52,305 nucleotides of DNA from an uncultured Deferribacteres bacterium. GTDB lineage: Bacteria > Zhuqueibacterota > Zhuqueibacteria > Zhuqueibacterales > Geothermadaptataceae. Positions 27,174-35,973 of the stretch are shown here, one piece after another. The notes beneath the pieces were generated by a model. That model did no database searches and was not told the origin of the DNA. It worked only from the letters and a program-made list of their open reading frames with translations. The DNA is taken from NCBI GenBank assembly GCA_964014485.1, contig CAXHAT010000026.1, positions 1 through 52,305 of the forward strand, given 5' to 3'. Every line of letters starts with the position of its first letter. Position 1 is the first letter of the stretch. A program made the position numbers and the translations under genes.

Positions 27174-28642
27174 CTTCTTTGACCAGTTAAGACTTCGGCC
27201 ACCTGGCTTTTGGGAGTCGTATGCGGCAGGTTGAACTTCCGCATTGCAGGTTCTTGATCGAGCAGCGTTTCCGGCGTGAGCACTGGAAAAGCGCGTTCGG
27301 CTACGTCAAGTAAATCAATGAAAACGCTGCGCATCAGGATGAGCGCCGGCGCTTGTTTTTCAACCAAAATCGAAAATAATCTCACGGGCCGGTGCGGCTG
27401 GTCGCCAATCCCGTCGCGTTCCAAATCGTAGCCTTTGTAGCGGCTCCAAAAATTGCCGGAAAATGTGTTGAAATTCTGGCGGCTATTGGTGGCGACTTCG
27501 AAGGAATTATCGAGAAAATTATTCTTCTCAAATTTGTTGTCCATCGAGTTGGCCATGATTTTGACCGCCCAGCCGTTTTGCCGAAATGTGTTTTTGAAGA
27601 CGTGCAGACGATTCGACGCTTCTGTATAAATGCCGATGGAGTTCTCGGCAAAAACGTTTTCTGTGATTTGGCTGTCGTTAATTTCCTTAAGAAGCAGGCC
27701 GTAAGAAGCTGAACCCCAATTCCTCTCGAAGCGATTTCGCCGCATGAGCACGCGCTTGGTGTACATCACCGCGACGCCTGCCCCGTTATGTCGGAAAGTG
27801 TTTTCCGTGTACTCATTGTCATGTGAAAACATGAAATGCAACCCGTAGCGCAAATTATTTTCGCTCAGATTGCCGCGCACATTGCTCTTTTCGACGAACT
27901 CCAGGTAAATGCCGTCGCGGTGCCCGGAAATCGTATTGTCAAAAATCTGAATGTTTTCGCTGCTCCAGGCGTGAACGCCGTTGCCGGAATTTGCCTCCCG
28001 CCGCGCTTCCCCGGCAAAAATGTTATTCTCGATGCGGACGTTTGAAGCTTTAGCCAGGTAAACGCCAAAAAAAGCGTCATCAAACAAATTGTTTTCAATG
28101 ATGACGTTTTCCGCGTTTGCGACCTTGATCGCCGCATTGTCGTCGACATAACTGACGCCGACGTCACGAATTGTGAACCCGGAAATTCGAACGTTGTCAG
28201 CCGTAATCAAAAGCGGTTGGTGTTTCTTTTCGCCGTCGATGATTGCGCCGGACTCGCCAAGCAATTCCACCGGTTTCGAAATAACGACGCTCCCTTCGCG
28301 ATAAGTTCCCGCCTGGACAAAGATGCGATCTCCCGGGGCGGCATGCTCCAACGCTGCACGAATGGTTTTGAACTTTGCGCTTTCGCCGACAAAGATATCG
28401 CCGGCATATCCGAACTCCATTTTCGCCAGCAGGAAAATAAGCACAAAGAGAAAGCAGGCGTTCGGGCGGCGATTCGCTAAGAGCGTATTTGGAAAGTCTT
28501 TTTTTGTCATTCCGCAGGAATCTTTTTTGGGTAGCCAGGCGTGAACGTTCCCGCAACTTTTGCGGAAAAGACTAAAAAAGATGCTTCCAGCATGACAATT
28601 GGAGACTTTCCGGATACGCTCTAAAACGTCAAACATGTGCAT
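27170..28642 (-). CDS. nosD: NosD periplasmic copper/nitrous-oxide-reductase maturation protein, with a 48-codon MITE insert in the signal region
   Basis: Beta-helix repeats; GNGVHAW, HRDGIYLEF, RYGLHFMFS, GVAVMY, GNFWSRYKGYDLERDGIGD. Confidence 0.88.
   Translation of the reverse strand: MHMFDVLERIRKVSNCHAGSIFFSLFRKSCGNVHAWLPKKDSCGMTKKDFPNTLLANRRPNACFLFVLIFLLAKMEFGYAGDIFVGESAKFKTIRAALEHAAPGDRIFVQAGTYREGSVVISKPVELLGESGAIIDGEKKHQPLLITADNVRISGFTIRDVGVSYVDDNAAIKVANAENVIIENNLFDDAFFGVYLAKASNVRIENNIFAGEARREANSGNGVHAWSSENIQIFDNTISGHRDGIYLEFVEKSNVRGNLSENNLRYGLHFMFSHDNEYTENTFRHNGAGVAVMYTKRVLMRRNRFERNWGSASYGLLLKEINDSQITENVFAENSIGIYTEASNRLHVFKNTFRQNGWAVKIMANSMDNKFEKNNFLDNSFEVATNSRQNFNTFSGNFWSRYKGYDLERDGIGDQPHRPVRLFSILVEKQAPALILMRSVFIDLLDVAERAFPVLTPETLLDQEPAMRKFNLPHTTPKSQVAEVLTGQRR
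28481..28621. mobile_element. MITE family B (TAA target duplication, 19-bp TIR) carrying GTCAT repeat copy 2
   Basis: GAGCGTATTTGGAAAGTCT / AGACTTTCCGGATACGCTC (17/19 inverted match); TAA at 28478-80 and 28622-24; inner repeat 28505-28597. Confidence 0.8.
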
Positions 28643-28700
28643 AACTTTGATTTGGGGTTGAGTGCAGTAATTTAGATGACCTCGGCATTGCACCGGAATC

Positions 28701-29174
28701 TCAGGTAAAAATGATCTGAGCGCCGGCGGATTTCTCGTAAAACGTCCCGACGTTGATCACGTCCTCAACTTCTTCGCAAAAGTCGTCCATCGACAAATGA
28801 AACATGTCAACGGTGGCCTTGCAGGCGTAGAGTTTTGCGCCTGCGTCGTGGAGCATTTCGATGAACTCGTCGACGGGCGGAATGTCCAGTTTGTCCATTT
28901 CCTTCGTCATCATTTTGGTTGCCAGCGCGGACATGCCCGGCAACCCGCCGAGCAGCGTCGGGATGTGCATGGCCGGATTGCCCACCGTCGCCACCTTGAG
29001 GTGCTTCATGCGCTTTTTCATGATGGCTTCAAGTCCGAAAAAAGTAAAAAAGACCGTGGCTTCAATCCCTTCCATGCGCGCGCCGTTCGCCATAATCAAG
29101 CCCGGATAAACGCCATCCAGCGAGCCTTTGGAAATGATGATCGAGACTTTATTGATTTTTCCGTTTTCTTCCAT
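28701..29174 (-). CDS. DsrE/DsrF-like (DrsE_2) sulfurtransferase
   Basis: KVSIIISKGSLD..YPGLIMANGA, FFTFFGL, LYACKATVDMF (conserved Cys). Confidence 0.85.
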   Translation of the reverse strand: MEENGKINKVSIIISKGSLDGVYPGLIMANGARMEGIEATVFFTFFGLEAIMKKRMKHLKVATVGNPAMHIPTLLGGLPGMSALATKMMTKEMDKLDIPPVDEFIEMLHDAGAKLYACKATVDMFHLSMDDFCEEVEDVINVGTFYEKSAGAQIIFT

Positions 29175-29261
29175 TTTTCCGTTCTCCCTTCATTATGATT
29201 CTCCCTCGATGCAATATCGCTTACGCCTTTGCTATGCTATCTTTTGCCTTTCATTATCTGC

Positions 29262-29705
29262 TTAGGGGATATCGCCGACTGAATCTCTCTGAATTCGTCC
29301 TTGGAACTCAAGCATTTTCTTTCGTCTAAAATATCTGAGATCGAGTTCCCGCCAGAGTTTAGTGAATTCGGAAGGTTTGCCGCCTGAGAGATTCCGAGAC
29401 GCGCGATGTAAAGATTCGAGATCTGCTAACAGTCTTTCACAACGATTCTCCGACTCTTTCAGCTCTGTTATCGTACTCTGCACCTGGCTCGAATGCTGTT
29501 CCTTGATCTTATCAAGTTCTCTCAAGAGTTTCCGATCGAAATCACTTCGAAGTTCGGATAAACTCGTTTCAACAATCTTTAGGCGTGCGCCGTACGCCCA
29601 GCGAAATGCAGCCCAGATTGCAGCAATTGCGGGCGTCATAAGCGCTAATAGGCGTAAAAAATCGCCGATAGTCATGGTTCTGAGGGCTTCAAAAAGGCTA
29701 TCCAT
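29262..29705 (-). CDS. Hypothetical protein (N-terminal TM segment plus coiled coil)
   Basis: 147-aa ORF with SD-like AAGG/GAGA; no recognisable motif. Confidence 0.55.
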   Translation of the reverse strand: MDSLFEALRTMTIGDFLRLLALMTPAIAAIWAAFRWAYGARLKIVETSLSELRSDFDRKLLRELDKIKEQHSSQVQSTITELKESENRCERLLADLESLHRASRNLSGGKPSEFTKLWRELDLRYFRRKKMLEFQGRIQRDSVGDIP

Positions 29706-29803
29706 GTTCTCTACCTTTTATCATTCTTGCATAAACCTAAGTTAAGCGCGGCGCATTGCGAGTCTGAGAATTCGTGGTTAAGAGAATTGCTCCGTCTTAT
29801 TCG

Positions 29804-30112
29804 TCAAATGCAGCCTTTGGGCTTCGGCAAGCCTGCGATTTTCGCGGCTTTCTTGGCCGGGCCTTTTGGGAAAAGCGCGTACAATTCCTTGGTCGGAATG
29901 CCGCCGCTTTTCTTGAGTCTGCGAATCGTCGGAACATCGCCTTTTGCGGCGAATTCCTTGCGCATATAATTGATCACGTCCCAATGGCGCTCGGTCAATT
30001 CATAGATTTCTTCTTCCTCGGCGAATTTATGGGCGAGGCTCTCGTCCCATGTCGTGTAATCCGCGAGAAAACCGTCAGTGTCCAGTACAACACCATTCAT
30101 CGTCGTTTCCAT
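29804..30112 (-). CDS. tusE: TusE/DsrC-family sulfur relay protein
   Basis: DTDGFL...W, LTERHWDVINYMR, LFPKGPAKKAAKIAGLPKPKGCI with penultimate Cys; SD AAGGAG. Confidence 0.88.
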   Translation of the reverse strand: METTMNGVVLDTDGFLADYTTWDESLAHKFAEEEEIYELTERHWDVINYMRKEFAAKGDVPTIRRLKKSGGIPTKELYALFPKGPAKKAAKIAGLPKPKGCI

Positions 30113-30185
30113 TTTGGTTCTCCTTATTTTAATAGCCGTTTGAATTTTGATGATTGTCTATTATTACAACGTTAAGTCTGGCATT

Positions 30186-30316
30186 CTCGTGACCATGCTT
30201 CGCGTGGTCATGCAGCTTCCGGCGCTTCGCGCCGGTTCCGTCCGCACAATTTTGAACCTAAATGAATCGGCGCGAAGCGCCGGGGGCTGCATTCCAACGC
30301 AAAGCATTGGAACGAG
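30186..30316. repeat. CTCGT...ACGAG-type REPIN element
   Basis: CTCGTGACCATGCTTCGCGTGGTCATGCAGC ... GCTGCATTCCAACGCAAAGCATTGGAACGAG with inner CCGGCGCTTCGCGCCGG / CGGCGCGAAGCGCCGG. Confidence 0.75.
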
Positions 30317-30347
30317 AACGACTCTTTTATTGCGCGCTCAGGAGGAC

Positions 30348-31049
30348 TTAACGTTGTAATACTATTCTTTCTTTCGAAAGCGATTTCAAAAACGCGACGC
30401 CAAACGCAACGCCCTGGCGCATTTCCGGCGTTTTCAATTCCTTCGCGATTTTCCAGTAAGAAGCGTCGTGCGCCACGTCGAGATCGAGATTTTTATAAAC
30501 GGAAACCGCGTTGTTCATCGCCGCAAGCATGTCCGGCTGCGTCAGGTTTTTCAGCGTAAGCATAATCGTCACGATGTTGTCGCCCAACGCCTTGACGTCC
30601 CCCGCGGAAAACGAAGTGACGATGCGGTCGATGATCGCGCCGAACTCTCGGAAAAATGCGAAATAGCCTTTTTTGTCCATTTCGTCCAACGTTTCCAGCA
30701 ACTCAAAAAACGCCTGTTTGGAAATCGGCGTTGCGTCTTCCAAAAACATCCGGGCGCTTTCGAATTTGTCCAGCAAAGCGTTTAAATTGCGCGTGTTGCG
30801 CAGCAGCTTTTTCAACAGGAAAAGCAAATCTTGCGTGGTAAAATGTCCGGCGACTTCGTCTAATTCCGTCGTCGCCGTCTGCATAACGTCGGCTGCGATT
30901 CGGCTGAGATCGTCTTTTAATTCCTGCATTTCCCGCTGCCGCTGCGCCTGAATCTGCATTTGTTCAGTGAGGAAACCGAGCTTTTCGTTGATCTCGGCTA
31001 ATTGCGTTTCAATCGTCTGATTTTTCATTGTCGCCGCCGCTCCGTTCAT
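30348..31049 (-). CDS. DUF1641-domain protein (SQR partner)
   Basis: Helical protein; C-terminal 'SYWKIAKELKTPEMRQGVAF..AFLKSL'; ATGA overlap with sqr. Confidence 0.75.
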   Translation of the reverse strand: MNGAAATMKNQTIETQLAEINEKLGFLTEQMQIQAQRQREMQELKDDLSRIAADVMQTATTELDEVAGHFTTQDLLFLLKKLLRNTRNLNALLDKFESARMFLEDATPISKQAFFELLETLDEMDKKGYFAFFREFGAIIDRIVTSFSAGDVKALGDNIVTIMLTLKNLTQPDMLAAMNNAVSVYKNLDLDVAHDASYWKIAKELKTPEMRQGVAFGVAFLKSLSKERIVLQR

Positions 31050-32275
31050 CGTCTTTTCCCCGCCATATTCATCTGCGCTTCAATCGGCAATTCAGCCCCT
31101 TTCAGAAGCAGATTCCAATAAACCCAGCGGAACATCATTTTGCCCCAGTGGTTCATTTTTGTCTCTTCCAAAAGCGAGAACGGTCCGACGCCCGGCAGCG
31201 GAAATTTGCCAGGCAACGGTTCAACGTCGTAGTTGAAATCGATCAAAATGCCTTTGCCGAAACCGGATTCTATGAAGCAGTTGGCGTGGCCGTCGAATTG
31301 TGACAGGAGCGGCCTGCCGTCGATGGCGCGCAGAACATTTTCGTAAAGAATTTCGGACTGAAAATGCGCTACGGAGCCCGCTTTGGAAGAAGGCAAATCC
31401 GTTGCGTCGCCGATCACGAAAATGTTGTCGTGCGCTTTTGAGCGCAGAGTGTGTCGATCAGTCGGGATGAAATTGAGCTCGTCGCCCATTTCGGAACGCT
31501 CGATCAATTCGTCGCCCATGTTTGTCGGGACAGTGACCAGCAGATCGTATTCGATTTCTTTTTCATCGTAGGAGACGATCTTGTTTGCACCCGCGTCGAC
31601 GCGCTCAATGTTAAATTCCGGCACAAGCGTCACGCCTTTGTTTTTGAGAAAATCGCCCAGGTATTTCGAAGCCTTCGGCTTGGTGAAAGCGCCGGGCAGC
31701 GGGGTGACAAAAGTGAGATCGACTTTGTTGCGGAGGCCTTGCTCCGTCAGCCACCAATCGGCCAGGAAAACGAATTCCAGCGGCGCGACGGGGCATTTGA
31801 TCGGCATTTCAACGATGTTGACGACCATGCGTCCGCCCTGCCAATATTTGAGGTGATTGGCCAATGCGACGGCGCCGTCGAGGGTGTAGAAATCAAAAAT
31901 ATTTTGGCGCCAACCGCCGTCCGACATGCCTTCGGTTTCTTCGGGATTAATGCGAGAACCGGTTGCGACGATCAGATAATCGTAGGGCAAATTGCGTCCG
32001 TCTTTCAACGTTACCCGATTTTTGTCCGGCTCGATGATTTCAATTGGCGACAAGATAAGTTCAACGTTGGGGGGAAGATAATCGCGTCTGGGACGGATGA
32101 CATCATCTCGTTTGTAAATGCCAAAAGGGATGAACAAAAAACCTGGCTGGTAGTAGTGGCATTCTTCCTGATCAACGATTGTGATCCGCCACTCGGCGCT
32201 ATCCAATGCCGGGGCCAAACGATTCGCCATGATCGTTCCCGCCGTGCCCGCCCCCAAAATCACCAAATTTTTCAT
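31046..32275 (-). CDS. sqr: Sulfide:quinone oxidoreductase-like FAD-dependent oxidoreductase (type III-like)
   Basis: ILGAGTAG, HYYQPGFLF, YDYLIVATG, PIKCPVAPLE, FVIGDAT, SKAGSVAHF, HANCFIESG. Confidence 0.85.
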   Translation of the reverse strand: MKNLVILGAGTAGTIMANRLAPALDSAEWRITIVDQEECHYYQPGFLFIPFGIYKRDDVIRPRRDYLPPNVELILSPIEIIEPDKNRVTLKDGRNLPYDYLIVATGSRINPEETEGMSDGGWRQNIFDFYTLDGAVALANHLKYWQGGRMVVNIVEMPIKCPVAPLEFVFLADWWLTEQGLRNKVDLTFVTPLPGAFTKPKASKYLGDFLKNKGVTLVPEFNIERVDAGANKIVSYDEKEIEYDLLVTVPTNMGDELIERSEMGDELNFIPTDRHTLRSKAHDNIFVIGDATDLPSSKAGSVAHFQSEILYENVLRAIDGRPLLSQFDGHANCFIESGFGKGILIDFNYDVEPLPGKFPLPGVGPFSLLEETKMNHWGKMMFRWVYWNLLLKGAELPIEAQMNMAGKRR

Positions 32276-32348
32276 CGCTCCAACTCCCGAGTTACACCTG
32301 CTCATATCTTGGTGTTTGTTCTAAGCTTTTTTTTAGTACAAACCTTAG

Positions 32349-32363
32349 GCAAGCTTCGGGCCA
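32349..32363 (-). promoter_or_regulatory. sigma54 (-24/-12) promoter candidate upstream of sqr
   Basis: TGGCCCGAAGCTTGC vs consensus TGGCACGNNNNTTGC (GG-N10-GC), 74 nt upstream of the ATG. Confidence 0.65.
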
Positions 32364-32621
32364 CGAACGAAAAGAGTTTTTGGGATGTTGATTTTGTTAA
32401 ACTTAGGGCGGAAAATGGTTTAGGGTGAGCGTGTGCTGAAAATCTTTGATTCAAGAAAAAGCCTTAAGGCTTTCTCATTTTCAAGATTTGTTTCCCCTTG
32501 AGGTTCCTCGTGCTATTGCAACGCCAGATTTATGTATCGGGATAACCTTGGCTTAAAAAGTCACCAATTCTAAAATTCCATTAACGAGAAAGCTGCGGAG
32601 AAAATGCGTTCCCAAAAGTTT

Positions 32622-34496
32622 CTAACCGTTTTCAACCAGCGCGTCGGCAACAACTTCCGCAATGTCCTTCGTTTCTTCCACTGCGGCGTTTAACATCATT
32701 TTGCATTCCGGACAAGCGGTGACGAGCAGCTTGGCGCCGGTCTCGCGAACTTGATCTTTGCGCACCTGGTCGACGCGTTTTTTCACGTCTTGCTCGCGAT
32801 TGAAGCCGGCATTGCCCCCGCCGCAGCACATTGAGCGTTCGCCGTGTCTCGTCATTTCCGTAATCTTCAAGCCCGTCGCTTGCACAACGTTTCGCGGCGC
32901 ATCATAGATTTTTTCATAACGCCCGAGATAGCACGGGTCATGAAAAGTCGTTTCCGCGCCGTTTCTTTTCTCTACCTGAATCAAATTTTTGTTCATCAAT
33001 TCGCCGATGAGCGATGAATGATGGATTACGTCGAGTGCAAGATCGTCGTCCAGCGTCGGGTATTCGCGATTCATCGTGTGCAGGCAATGCGGGCATGGCG
33101 AAATGACTTTTTTGACTTCGTTGCTCTTAAACTGGTTGATATTTTCTTCAGCCAGCGTTTGAAATTGCATCTCTTCACCCTGCCTGCGTGAATGATGCCC
33201 AGAGCATTTTTCGTTACGCAAAACGCCAAAACTCACGCCGGCGTTTTTTAGAATTTTCACCATCCCGGCGGCGGCGCTTTTCAAATCGTTGTTGTAATTC
33301 CATACGCAGCCCAGCCAAAGCAAGTACTCAGTCTTGCCCTTTTCATAAAAAGGAATTTCTAATTCCGAAATCAAATCATCCCGCATTTTCTTTTTGCCGC
33401 CCAACGGGTTTCCGGAACGTTCAACGTTTTGCAGAAAATCCGTCGCTACCATGCCCGTGCCCAGCGCCATTGCTTGCGCTCGCTTGGCGCCGGTCAGCAC
33501 TTGTAAATGCTCGATTCCGACAGGGCAAATATTTTCACAAGCGCCGCAGCTCGTGCATTGTCCCAAAGCGGTCTCCGAAATCACATTTCCAATCACAGGC
33601 TCAGAATCGTCCAGCGTTGAGATCGCGTTTCGGCCTTGCAAAATAAAGCCTCGCGGGTCGAGCTCCTGCTCGGAGATATTCGCAGGACAATTGTCGGTGC
33701 ATCGCCTGCACTCGACGCAGGTAAAAAAATCAAGTCGTTGTTTCCAGGACAAGTCTGTCAGCGTCTCAAGGCCGAGGGAAATTTCGTCTTCATCGGCTTC
33801 TTCCAGCATTTCCATGTCGAGGTTTACCGGCTGCAGGTCGCCGATACGCTCCGTGCGAAAGAAAATGTCTGCCGGAGAAAGAATGAGATGCAGATGTTTT
33901 GAGCGAAGTATGAGGTGCGGGAAGACAAGAATTGTGAGCGCATGGGCCCACCAATTAATTTTAGCCGTGGCCGTCTGCGAATCGTATCCAGCGGTCTGCG
34001 TGAACAGGTAGGTCGCCATCAAAATGACGATCAGCAATGCAACGAACCCGGAACTGTATGATTTGGGATCGGGCGACCATTTTGTAAAAACAAACCGCCG
34101 CAGCGCCAAACCGATTATGCCGATGAGCACAAGAATGGCCCAAAAACTGACCGTATTTTTATAGAAGCCCGCGAAGCCGCCAAAAAGTGAGCTGAGTAAA
34201 TAAATCCCAAACGCCTTGAAAAAATGATCGATCGTTTCAAGGCCAAAAACTACAAAACCGAGAAATACAAAGGCGTGCAAAATCCCTGCGACCGGGCGCG
34301 CGCCGATCACTTTGGTTTGAAAAATGGTTTCTTTAAAAGTAACCCACAATCTTCGGCCCAAATTGTTCGTTCTCTCAAGGTCAGACTTCCCCTTGCGAAT
34401 GATCTTAATTTTGGCGCCAAAATCACGAGCGAACAATCCAACTGAAACCACAATCAAAATGGAGACGACCAGAATTTCCCAAGCGGCGAATTGCAT
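32622..34496 (-). CDS. Membrane-bound (Fe-S)-binding oxidoreductase, FadF/HdrD-like (TM + 2x[4Fe-4S] + CCG domains)
   Basis: TM domain with His residues (SKHLH), CVECRRCTDNCP, CTSCGACENICP, WLGC, PCPHC, HDPCYLGR, CCGGG, ACPEC; SD AGGAAGG. Confidence 0.88.
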   Translation of the reverse strand: MQFAAWEILVVSILIVVSVGLFARDFGAKIKIIRKGKSDLERTNNLGRRLWVTFKETIFQTKVIGARPVAGILHAFVFLGFVVFGLETIDHFFKAFGIYLLSSLFGGFAGFYKNTVSFWAILVLIGIIGLALRRFVFTKWSPDPKSYSSGFVALLIVILMATYLFTQTAGYDSQTATAKINWWAHALTILVFPHLILRSKHLHLILSPADIFFRTERIGDLQPVNLDMEMLEEADEDEISLGLETLTDLSWKQRLDFFTCVECRRCTDNCPANISEQELDPRGFILQGRNAISTLDDSEPVIGNVISETALGQCTSCGACENICPVGIEHLQVLTGAKRAQAMALGTGMVATDFLQNVERSGNPLGGKKKMRDDLISELEIPFYEKGKTEYLLWLGCVWNYNNDLKSAAAGMVKILKNAGVSFGVLRNEKCSGHHSRRQGEEMQFQTLAEENINQFKSNEVKKVISPCPHCLHTMNREYPTLDDDLALDVIHHSSLIGELMNKNLIQVEKRNGAETTFHDPCYLGRYEKIYDAPRNVVQATGLKITEMTRHGERSMCCGGGNAGFNREQDVKKRVDQVRKDQVRETGAKLLVTACPECKMMLNAAVEETKDIAEVVADALVENG

Positions 34497-34565
34497 TTCT
34501 TTCCTTCCTGCTAATCTGAGAACTGTTTTTTTGCGGAGGCAAGTCATGGCCGAAACCACACAGAA

Positions 34566-34655
34566 TATCACGCTGGAAGCATCTTTTTTGACCTCATCCC
34601 GGATCGCGCCAAGAGTTCAGCACTTGCGTCTAAAAAGGATTCTTACAGAATGACA
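34566..34655 (+). repeat. GTCAT-type palindromic repeat, copy 3
   Basis: TATCACGCTGGAAGCATCTTTTTTGACCTC ... GATTCTTACAGAATGACA; closely similar to copy 1. Confidence 0.85.
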
Positions 34656-34749
34656 ACCGAGCTGAATTGCCACAAAAGATAAGATAGAAATACAGATAAA
34701 TCAAAGATTTGAAGACAAGCCTACGAATTGGCGGGAATCAAGAAACGGA

Positions 34750-35313
34750 TCAATTATCAAAAACATCGGCAACGATTTTCTGATATCGAAAAAAAATTTC
34801 GTGCTGCAGTTGGTGCGCTACGTTTTCCAGAAAACTGTCGACAAGACTTCGATGGTACCAGGCTTGGTAATCGCGCCCGAATTTGAATCGCTCCCAAAAC
34901 GATTCTCCTAAAGCGGCGAGATCATCGCGCGAGGTCATCAGGTTGTGCAATTTATCGGCGCAAGAAACGATCTTTACCGGATACGGTGCAGTTTTTACAT
35001 ATTCGATGGTATGTGTTTTTCTCTGCCGCCATGGCCGCTCTTTGTGTTCAGGCTCAGAGCACCCGTCCACGATTTCAGCCACCTCGCCGCCAAACTCCTG
35101 GCGAATATCTTTTAAAGTCAGCTCAGTATCTTCGATTGTATCGTGCAAAATTCCGGCTGCGACCCAAGTTTCAGGAAACTCGTATTTTTGCAAAATCATA
35201 CCGACAGCCACCGGATGGGTGATGTACGGCGTATCGCCGCCCTTGCGATTTTGGTAGCGGTGCGCCTCAGCGGCGCGGTAAACGGCTCTAAATATCAAGG
35301 TGAATTCTTTCAT
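34750..35313 (-). CDS. HD-domain small alarmone hydrolase (Mesh1/SpoT HD-like)
   Basis: AHRYQNRKG..PYITHP, ILHDTIEDT, ADKLHN. Confidence 0.82.
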   Translation of the reverse strand: MKEFTLIFRAVYRAAEAHRYQNRKGGDTPYITHPVAVGMILQKYEFPETWVAAGILHDTIEDTELTLKDIRQEFGGEVAEIVDGCSEPEHKERPWRQRKTHTIEYVKTAPYPVKIVSCADKLHNLMTSRDDLAALGESFWERFKFGRDYQAWYHRSLVDSFLENVAHQLQHEIFFRYQKIVADVFDN

Positions 35314-35386
35314 AACTTCGAGGCGTTATAATTGACAAGCTATTTTATTTGTGGCCGCCATTATAAGCAATTGCGAGCGGAAGTAG

Positions 35387-35428
35387 AAAAATAAAAACCC
35401 CCTGCACACTTTTTATGCCCAGGGGGTT
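35387..35428 (-). terminator. Intrinsic terminator (minus strand) with no annotated gene upstream
   Basis: AACCCCCTG ... CAGGGGGTT followed by TTTATTTTT on the minus strand. Confidence 0.65.
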
Positions 35429-35602
35429 CTGAGGAGGAAGGAAAACGACAACAAAGAGAAAAGCACATATTTGGCTTCTTCACTTGATTTCAACATCAAT
35501 GCTCTTCGCTTTGTTCCGTCGTTTTTGAGATATATTTTTAAAATCGTTTTATTCATTACAATCCGCTTTCAAAAAGACCGTTCAAAATGCAGCGATAAAT
35601 TT

Positions 35603-35971
35603 ATGCCGAAAAGAAGTCATCGAAGTCAGGGGCTGGTTTATTCAACCGAATTTGGGAGAATGTGCCCGAATTGCGGCAAGCCGAAACAATCCTGTTCTTG
35701 CGGGAAGAAGAAACAACAAACGCATCAAAAAGACGGCGTCGTGAGAGTTGGACGCTCGACTAAAGGCCGAAAGGGCAAGGGGGTGACCGTTATTACCGGC
35801 GTGCCTTTGGCTCCCCCGCAGTTAAAGGATTTGGCCAAGACGCTGAAACAAAAGTGCGGATCCGGCGGGACCGTCAAAGACGGCGTGATCGAAATTCAAG
35901 GCGAGCACCGCGATTTGCTCGTGGCGGAACTGCAGAAACACGGCTGGACGGTAAAAAAATCGGGAGGCTGA
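35603..35971 (+). CDS. yciH: SUI1/eIF1-like translation factor YciH
   Basis: [37 protein letters not shown]. Confidence 0.9.
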   Translation: MPKRSHRSQGLVYSTEFGRMCPNCGKPKQSCSCGKKKQQTHQKDGVVRVGRSTKGRKGKGVTVITGVPLAPPQLKDLAKTLKQKCGSGGTVKDGVIEIQGEHRDLLVAELQKHGWTVKKSGG

Positions 35972-35973
35972 AA

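Noticed and set aside
31451..32428. 325-aa plus-strand ORF (likewise 49273-50184, 3984-4790, 19303-20058, 48593-49330)
   Set aside because: Antisense shadows of well-supported genes, with no motifs of their own.
28701..34496. Dissimilatory sulfate reduction (Dsr) locus
   Set aside because: No dsrAB or dsrMKJOP, and the DsrC-like protein lacks the second Cys.
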